From contig OZ241826.1 of the NCBI GenBank assembly GCA_965202585.1, forward strand, positions 85,808,001 to 85,872,000: DNA of 64,000 bases, in the 5' to 3' direction. Below are positions 51,101 through 60,506 of this stretch, in pieces. The stretch comes from Thalia democratica. Its lineage: Eukaryota. Within the stretch, counting starts at the first letter, position 1, and each line of letters opens with the position of its first letter. Under the pieces are notes generated by a model. The model ran no database searches and was not told the origin of the DNA. It worked only from the letters and a program-made list of their open reading frames with translations. The position numbers and the translations under genes were made by a program.

Positions 51101-54100
51101 AAATTATGCTTTTTTTTCACTTGACTAATTTTTTCTTTTAGTTTTAAATCTTTTTAATTTTTCGCCATCCTACAGACTTAAACTTGGATTATTTTTAAAC
51201 AATTTGCTTCGACAGTATTAAAATTAACACTTGAACGTGACAAATTAAATGAAAACTTTACATTTAAAAATATGAGGTTTAAAATAATTTTCACGTTTTA
51301 CGCTTTTACCCTAAAAAATGACCTATAATACTTTAACTAAAATAGTTTTTTTATCAAAAATTATTTATTAAAATAATAAATTTGATTTTTGTATAACTAC
51401 CTTTAACAAACTAGAAATATTTTCTGAATGATAATAAATAATGTCAAACGTTATGTGTTTTCTATCTAGGTGTTTTGACAAAAATTCTAAAAGTAAGTGA
51501 AAAGATAAAATATTTACATATATATCTATAAAACATTTTTATAAAAGTAATTGTTTAGACTTTTTGCTTTTATTTTATACACTAGAAGACTTAATATAAA
51601 TAAGTAGTAATAAAATATTTAATTTTACAAATTTAAGTCAGAATCATAGCACAAACTATTTGTAATATGTGTAAAAAATCTCAAGAAACAGTTGCTATAC
51701 TTATTATAACCACGTTAGATTAATCAAATCGTAGGGCGTTTTTAAATTGTATCTACTTAATACTTTAAAGTAATAATATGATAAACGAGAATAAGAAACA
51801 TTAAAAACTACTATTTCAAACAAACCTTGATCGATGTGATTTTCATTTACCTCTAAAATACTTTATAAAAGTATCTCTTAATTTTTTTGAACTAAAGTTT
51901 TTAAACAATAAAGTTACGGGTTTCAACTTAAACTATTTTTAAACCAAGTATTTTCTAGAACTTTTATAAGATATTTGTCTTCATTGCATAAAAATTTGTC
52001 GTTGCAGTTTTAAAAACAATAACATAAATTTAATTACTGTCCTTCATCAGCTTTAGATAAAATTTTTATTAAAGTTAAAGTTTAAATGCGTTTGAAACGC
52101 CGTCTTTTAGAAGTTATAAATGTAAAAGGCATGCAAAAAATCAAAGGGTTGGTTTTGTGCTGTTTAAAACATTTTACTAAGATCTTATATCAAAAAATGC
52201 TTATAACTAAACTAAGTTGTAATTGAATTCTACTAAATTCTAAATAAATTTATTGAACACAAAAAGTAAACAATTCTTTGACAAGTTTTATTTAAGTATA
52301 GTTAAAATTAAGTTTATATGTGTTTTATAAAAGTTTTATACTTGCGTTTTTTAAGTAGAAAAAACATAATATATTAGTTTGTCAAATCTTAACCTTAAAA
52401 AGCTTTTTAACTAATCAAACAATTACACTTTCACACTAAATTTTAAGATTAAAATAATACTAAGTTATCGTCGCTACAAATGTTTACAATAGTCGTAAAT
52501 TAAAATACAAATTTTTTTAAGTACTATTTTTGTGTTTTTCTACGTAAAGTTAAGATAAAAAACTCGTTTTTTCTATTAAAGTTGTTAAACAAAATTTTAT
52601 TGCGAGCAGTTTAAATATAATATAAAACATTATTTGATTAACTTTAGAAACTGATGCAAAAACTTATAAATTTAGACAAAACATATGGGATATTAAAAAT
52701 TATTTGTAAAATTTCTCATTTGTGTAAGCGAGAAATTAGATTGCTTTTTTTTTAACCATTTCTCGTAACATAAAAAATGATTTCATACATATCACCTAAA
52801 CTTGTAAAGAAAACTTTAGATGGAATATTGTTTTTTTAAAAAAAAATATTTTTGAATGAAGTTATACTTAATTATAATAGTTTTAGTATATCAAAGTTTA
52901 TTATTTATTTAACAAAATTCAAAAGTACACTTAAACATGATACCAAAAAATAATGCTTTTTGCAACATTGAGTATTAAAGGTTTTTTTAATTTTAGTATA
53001 ATATTTTAATTAGTGTTCAAAGTTGTGAAAAAAAGTTAGTAATTTTTCTATAAAACTTTATCTTGTAAAAAAAATTATAAAAATAATAAAATAAAAGAAA
53101 TAATATAATGATTTTTTTTAGATTATTATCAATTTTATTAATAACTGCCGAGATTTATGCAGGAGCACCATAAAAAACTACCAAGTACGATGCAGAAATT
53201 TTTTATTCTTACGTCACGAATGAAAAATACTTTATTATCAGGTAAATAAGAAACTAAAGTTTGAATTTATAGTTTATAATATTTTATAAAATAGCTTTAC
53301 ATATAAACTTTTTAAATAAATCAATATAATTTCTTATGTTAGAATTGAAATACTTGAAATTAGTTCTGAATTAAAACAGTATGCGCAGTTGTGTATATAT
53401 AAATATATTTAATTACACAGATATTAATTTTTTTTTTTAATAAAATTTACAACTATGTAATACAAATAAGCACAAATATGATTTTTTTCTTAGTTATATA
53501 AAATAATGTAATCATTTTTGTTTCCAGTAACTAGTTGTACAGAGTTAAAAATGATAGTTAACATTCTTGTAATTTGTATTACTATAGTATCACTATCAAG
53601 AGAGTAATGTAAAATATATAGTGTGTACGTTAACTAAAAGGAAATTATAAATAACTGATTGATATCTACAAAGGAAGTAATACAAAGCCTATAATTTTGT
53701 TCGACCAACTAAATACATTTTGATATAAAAAACAAAGTATAAATAAATAAAAATACATTAAAATAAAATTTTACTGTAAATAACAAATGCTAGAAGGAAA
53801 GTATTTTGATAATAAGAATCACAGGTTTTTTTTTAAACTACTCCAAAAATAGTGAAAAGTAAAAAAAATTCGTTTTTGCAATCTAAAATTAAATGGATTT
53901 CAAAACAAATAATCTGATAACAATGAATCTTTGAAATAAGTTAAATGTTTGTAACGACGTGATATTTAATAAAAATAATAAATAAGTATGTATCATGCCT
54001 AGTAACACAAAAAAAATTCTAAAACTGGTCGATGTTTTTATCATTCAATAGTTATTTTGAATTTATTAGTTTGCATAAACTGTAAAAGTATGACATGTAT

Positions 54101-54284
54101 AATTTAAGTTGAATAAACTTTTAATAAACTAAATAATTTGTATATAACACTTTGTTTTTTTTCTCTCAACAGTTATTAAACTATCATAAATATATCAGCG
54201 CACAAATTTACCATATTTGGTGTTAATCGTCATAAAACAACAGAAATCGAGATTTAATTTTTACGTTTATGTGAAAGTTTGATA

Positions 54285-54298
54285 AAGCTCGAGGGCTT
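54285..54298 (+). promoter_or_regulatory. Intron-1 element I (AAGCTCGAGGGCTT) in psi2
   Basis: Exact 14-mer. Confidence 0.55.
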
Positions 54299-57200
54299 GC
54301 ATTGTTAAGCACACAAAAATTCTCTAAAATGACGATAAATAAATCTTGTGACATTTAAAAGGTGCTTTTTGTTTACTATTATTGCTTAGGCTGTGAGAAG
54401 AATGTGTAATTGCTATAGTGGTTTTAAACTAGATGTAAAATTTTTTTAACAATACATCTTTAGTTTTTCAACAAATAATTATAAGTAACTACTATTAGTT
54501 GCCACAAATTTATAGACTTAAGTATGTAGTTAAAAGATTTTATGTTAACACAAATTTAAGAAAGAATCAATTTATAAAAAAAAATAATTTTAATAAACAT
54601 GAAAAGAAGGTAAAGTTTCAATATTACAAAAAGAAGTTTCAAGGTGAGAATATATTTAACGCAAAGTTCTTTAAATAAGCGTTTATATTTTTCTCAAAAG
54701 TAAGTACTGTAATCTAACAAATGTTAAAGTTTTAAGAACCAAAAACAATATAATATGAAAATAGTTTTTATTCTAGTTTAAAATATTTTACTTAGCCTTT
54801 GAAACTTGATAAAAGTTTTACGACTAAAATATATTTGTTAAAGAGCCAGTAAAAAATTTTTAAATATCTTTTTAATTACTAATAAGAAAAATCAAAACTT
54901 TAACCTTAATAAGTTATTTACATGTTTTTAAAATGGTATATATCAATCAAAATGCAATTAAGAACGAAATTAAAGCAGCAACTAGTAGAAGCTAGTGGCA
55001 GGTATTTTAGATGATTAATCACATTCTTTTAAACATCTGATAAAAAATACGGTGCTTTTAAACTATAGATCTACTCAACTACAGATCTAAACAAAAGTTG
55101 AATATTATAAACTGACTCTTTTAATGTTACATGGTTACCAACTTTCATTAGTTAACCTTTAGGAAAAAACATGAAGCAAACAATTAAATAAATACTAAAT
55201 ATTGAACAAGTTTAAGTACACTTTTAAACAATAAAATTCCTAGTGTTTTAACATAAAAATTCAAAAAAGTATATAACTTTTTTAAATAATTTAATTTATA
55301 AAAAAGTAGTTTAATTTAAGAAAAAGCTATTTTTGTTATACTTATAAGTTTAAATTTATTAATTCTAAAAAAATCTTAACCAAAATCGCTTTAAATCTTT
55401 TTTTTTTGAAATTTAGGTGACTAAGTTGGTTTAGTTTTCGTAATATTTAAGTCTGTTTTGTAAATAAAATGTAATGTAATATAATAATGACTTAGTTTGA
55501 ATTAGTTGAATTTTATAGTTTTTTAACTGATATAAGTGTGAAATTCAAGTATATTATTATACTATCTAAAACTAACACTGTGGTTATTACTAATTAAGTA
55601 AACATTGAACGAATTCTAGTTCGGTTATTAAATAAAAATTTTAAACTTTTAAAAATTTTAAAAATCTAATTTTAATAACTTTACCTATATTAATATTCTT
55701 TACAAATTATAACTAGCCCTAAAAACATACTAAAAAATCCAATAACTGACATTAAATTCAGATTTTATTAAACTAGTTTTATTATGACGGCTTTATATAT
55801 AAAGACTTTAACGTGAAAATTTTAGTTAAAATGTGTTTGATTATTTTAATTCTTATAGGTATAATTCTATTGTATAAACTCTTTGTAAACAACAACTATT
55901 TTGATTTTTTAGAAAGTTTAAAGTTAATTGTACAGATTATAATTTAACAAAGTTAACGATCAATAATTTCCTTATAAATTAAGATTTATAAGAAATAGTT
56001 CGTTTATATTTTATTTACTAAATTTATTCCTTAAACTATGCTTTAATCAATTCAAAATGTAATAGATTTTTTTAATAAATTTAGTAAATGTTTACTTAAT
56101 TTGATAAAAACAGATAAGTTTACAAAACTTATCACACAAAAAACTGATGAAAAAACCAATAATTAATAATTACGATTAAAATGAAATACAAGAAGTTCAA
56201 GGTTAGATAAATTATAGATGTTTGTAAATTTAAATGATTAAAGTTTGTTTTCTCTGTTTTTTTTAAACATCTTTAAGTAAAATAAATAAAATTTATCTAA
56301 AAGAGTATATAGTTTTTAACTTCTTTTTATATTAAAAACTATCAAAAAATTTTAACTGTAATGACTAGGCTTTTCAGAAATTTTTTTTTTTAGATAAACT
56401 ATCTTGTTTTAATTAGTCTATGTATTACATGATAAATCATGCAACATTAAAGTACTATACTCAACAGTATTTTAGTAAAATTAATTTAGTTTACTTAAAC
56501 TGTTCTAACAGTAGCATTACGATTTTGGTTTTATCTTTGTTATTGTGATATTGATGTGTTAAGTATATACATTGATGAAGTAGATAGATTAAGAATAAAC
56601 ACAAATTATTCTATTTAGAACATAAAGAATTTGTTTCGACAAAGATTATAACCACTCGAAAATATAATGCAACAAAATTCTAAAAAACTAAAAACACAGT
56701 ATCACCATCAGAGTTTTCAACAAACAGACGAATATAATTTGCCAACCAGTCAATTACAGCAGTTTTCATTGGCTAATACTTTATCATCAATTTATAAGCA
56801 AACAAACAATGTAGCAAGAATGCAAGCTTCGTACGAAAATCAAATTAAATGGGCTTGTTTTAATAATTTCTATTATCAAAAAAGACAACAACTGATATAT
56901 GCATCATACATAATGGCACAAAATAACATAAAGCAAGGTAGATTGTTACAAAGTAATCACAATTTTAACAGCTGTTTTATGTCATAACAAAAGTTAAGTA
57001 GTGTGAATCAAAACTTGTCTAATATTGAAAACCAGAGATACAACAGCTATTTTCAACCTAAAGTTTAAAATATTAGAACTTATAAATTCCGTAGTAATGC
57101 CACAACAAAGATTAAAAATGATGTTTTAACAAAAGTTCTTATAATGCAAATCTAAATAATTTAATACCGACGAGTCAAGAAAAACAGAAAAATCCGCTAA

Positions 57201-57350
57201 ATACAACTAAAAATGCTCTAGGAAATACTGCAACTAAAAATAATAAAAAAGGTATTGAAAATATAAAAGGTATAATTGCTGATTTCTCTAAGAAAAAGAA
57301 AAAAGTTAGTTAAGTAACTACACAGAAAAAAGTAAAAAAAAGGTTTTCCA

Positions 57351-57937
57351 ATGGCTTCAAAGTCTTCTGACGTGATTTTAATTAATCCACTAGAAACTTA
57401 CAAATCAGCGAATTATCGAAATTTATCTCCTGGAACTACATCTTTAAAAAACAACCAGATAATCGTCACTGAAAAACAAGCAGAAATGATAGTTAATCAG
57501 GTCAAGGAAGAAATGAGAGGCAGAAATCCTGAAAACAAGTACATAAAATGTTCATTATGTAAAAAAAGTATGAAAAGGTATAAAAATGTATATTTTTACT
57601 ATGACACACTATTTTAAATACTTACTTTTGCATAGTATTGTATCATTTTGACATCAAATTTCTAAACTAACACAAAAAAATTTTAGAAATTGCACACAAT
57701 ACAAATAAAGATAAAAAATCGTTTTATTTAGCTTATTAAATTATAGATGTAAACTTATTTCTATATATTTACGAAGCTTAAATTTTTAGATTATACAATT
57801 TTCATCGTCATATGCGCATTCATCTGGGTCAAAAAGATCACAAATGTCCCCACTGTGACCACAGTTCCGTCAGAAAGGACAATCTCAAGTCCCATATGAA
57901 GACCCATGACAAAAACAACCACCAATCAACAGCATAG
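57351..57937 (+). CDS. Candidate 124-aa fingers-only protein within psi2; join(57351..57577,57790..57937)
   Basis: Uninterrupted spliced frame MASKSSDVIL...QIIVTEKQAEMIVNQVKEEMRGRNPENKYIKCSLCKKSMKR|LYNFHRHMRIHLGQKDHKCPHCDHSSVRKDNLKSHMKTHDKNNHQSTA*. Intact GT-AG intron and all eight zinc ligands retained. Expression is unknown. Confidence 0.35.
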
Positions 57938-60451
57938 TAGCGAACAAGACTCACTCATGACTTTCCTACGTTTGATAATTTTAGACAATTTAATGCAGCA
58001 AGATTTAAAAGTAGCGATAAAAATAGTAACAATCTTTACAATGACGTTAAACTTCGAAAAAGTTTGCAACACAACTACGCCCCTAACATATTTTACCCAC
58101 CAATCAACTCTAGTTTCCAGTACATTCCACACCATACACCCTTCCTTACGAACCACTAGCTCCCGTTGTAAAGCGAAGAACGGTTCGAAAAACAAACAGA
58201 CAATAAAAGTTCCGCTAAAGTAACTGATACTACCGAACAACAAACAAGAATGGAACAAAATGTAAAAGATAAGTCTATGAATACACAGCAAAAAGTATCA
58301 ACAGCTATTGAGAAAATCAGTAAAAAGCATTGAGATTTGCCGTTATAAATGTATTGTCACAAAAAACTATTAAATAAGAACAAAAAACGGTTAATCTCGA
58401 AACTGTTTTGCTCGTAATATTTTCTAATCAGTTTTCATATGAAATTTTCAATCTTTTTGTTAGTGTAGTTTGATAAAACTGTAAATTTTAAAACAAAATT
58501 GATATATTCTACGGTTTTAAACTTCATTAATGCATAATTATCTGTAGTTTCAATTATAATATATATGTTTTATATTTAGTAAATATAAGACTTAAAAGAA
58601 TTTTGCATCGATTTTGCACTCATTACGTTTTTTTATTGAAATTAAGTATGTTAGTTTCGAAATATTTTAAAGCTAAGGTGCATAAAATTCTTTTTTAATT
58701 TTATCAACTATCTTTTTACTTTATTTTTGAAAGTTGTTAAACAAATTTAAACAACTATGTCTAGAATACATATTGATACAAGCTTTTAAATATTTTTTAA
58801 TTTTTTATGTAATATGCTCAAATCACCAAAATATTTTAATTTATTTAATTTTTTTTATGAGTTAACGTAAAACGCATTTCATTTTAACACTTAAGAATAT
58901 TTTACTTATGAAAATAGCGTCTCTACGCTCTTTACAAAAGTTTTTAAAGTCAGTTTTATATCAATTAGTTTTATTTGTCTGATTTGATTAACATTTGTTA
59001 AAATTTGATAAACTATAATAATAAAAAGTAAGAGTAGCAAAAACATCAACAATTTCAATATAAACTTCTAACTTGTTTTTAACATAATATTTAAAAAGTG
59101 AGGTGTGAAGTTTAAATAGATTAAAGTAATTTAACCGTTCTTTTTGTACTTGGATAAAAAGTTCAAAATTTTGACGTATAAATAAACCATGTACTTATAA
59201 AAAGTTTAAAACAAGAGACAGTATAAATAATTTTTGTGTTTACATTATCCAAATTTATGCTTATACTAAATTAATTTTTATACACGGAAGTTTAATGTAT
59301 TTTTAATTATTAAAGATCATTTCACAATTTATGTTTGATTACATTATGATTTACAATAAAAGAGTTAGAACTTTTAAATTTTATTAATTTTACAATCATA
59401 ACTTAGTTTGTATGATACTATTGCGTTTAAACAATATTAAAGTTTTTTTAAATTTGTGAAAAAGGTTTACTCAAAATGTGCCAGGATTAAATTACGATAG
59501 AAATAATATCATTTTTTTAAACGGCAAAATTCTTGAAAAACAAGATGTAGATACCAATTTGAACGATTCAAGCTGCTTTTTTGTTCAAAACTTTCAACAA
59601 AAGTATAATATAACAATTTAAAAACTCATATCTAATTTAATACTTTTTTACTAAAAACTTATATATCTAATTAATATATGTATTTATTGAGAAATTACTA
59701 ATAAAAATAAATAATATACTAGTTAAGAAAATTTGCTCAACAAAAGACAGTTCAATTATAAGCTTCTTATTACGCTAATGTTTCTTTTTTAATTTAGTTT
59801 TAATTAGTTGTACATGTCTTTTATCTAACTTGCTTTTTTTATTGATAAAGAAAAGTAAAACAGTTTTAGCATTTAAAAATAAAATAATATTAAACATCAA
59901 AATTAATCTAATTTAGTATTTTTTTTCCGAATAAGATAAAAAATAATACTTTGTATTGTAGTTTTACAAGTTTTCTTATTTAGAAAATCTGTTTGTTCAC
60001 TTACTAGGATATATGTAAATTTGGTTTTGGTTTTAGTTCAAGACATTTAAAATAAAATATGATTTACCTGTATCACAGATAAAAACATTAATTTGGAATA
60101 TTGATTAATTATTAAATTTAACCATTTTAAACTTACATTTAAGACAAGTTATAAAAAAATGTAACTCACTTATCTTATTAACAATTTTTACCACCCATGT
60201 TGATTTTTATTACAAACATAAAAATTGCAAACATTAAAAAACTTTAATTACAGTATGAAATTTCCTAACTAAAATTTTAAAATTATTTAAATATTTATTT
60301 AACTTAAAGAGTTTGCTTTAAGTTATGTGAGAAAAAATGAAGTTTTTATTAGATGTGGGAATTAAACTGACCTATAAAATTTTACAGGTCAACATAGCTA
60401 CTTTTATTTTCAAAGTTTTAACAGTTAAAATTGAAACATAGTAGTATTTTA

Positions 60452-60506
60452 TTAGCAAGCACCTTAATTTTCTTAGGAAATGCTATTTAAAGCATCATTA
60501 ACTATG
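60452..60506 (-). promoter_or_regulatory. Orphan, degenerate copy of intron element II
   Basis: TAGCAAGCACCTT...GGAAATGCTATTTAAAGCATCATTAACTA; shares the flanking ATTCCCACATCT with the 35.3-kb orphan. Confidence 0.45.

Larger units (their letters stand above)
40890..55250 (+). repeat. Right arm of the inverted segmental duplication (upstream DNA + ZF-D + 5' part of psi2)
   Basis: Same anchors as the left arm. This arm carries an extra block of about 1.4 kb at about 49470-50870. Confidence 0.85.
53145..58373 (+). pseudogene. psi2: disrupted family copy (exon 1 53145..53241, exon 2 not found, exon 3 56114..56201, exon 4 about 56619..57577, exon 5 from 57790)
   Basis: Start codon ATG changed to CTG. 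In-frame TAA in exon 3 (56177-79). Frameshift near 56680, stops at 56985 and 57066, another frameshift near 57130, stops at about 57311-57335, and TAG TAG at 57935-40. The degenerate tail ends VTKNY* at 58373, like ZF-B. Confidence 0.85.

Noticed and set aside
57906-58291. ORFs 57906+ and 57926-
   Set aside because: Alternative-frame and antisense reads of psi2 exon 5; the homologous frame is the one interrupted by TAG TAG.
59510-59620. Short frame FFNGKILEKQDV..., faintly ubiquitin-like
   Set aside because: About 35 codons bounded by stops, with no splice or homology support.
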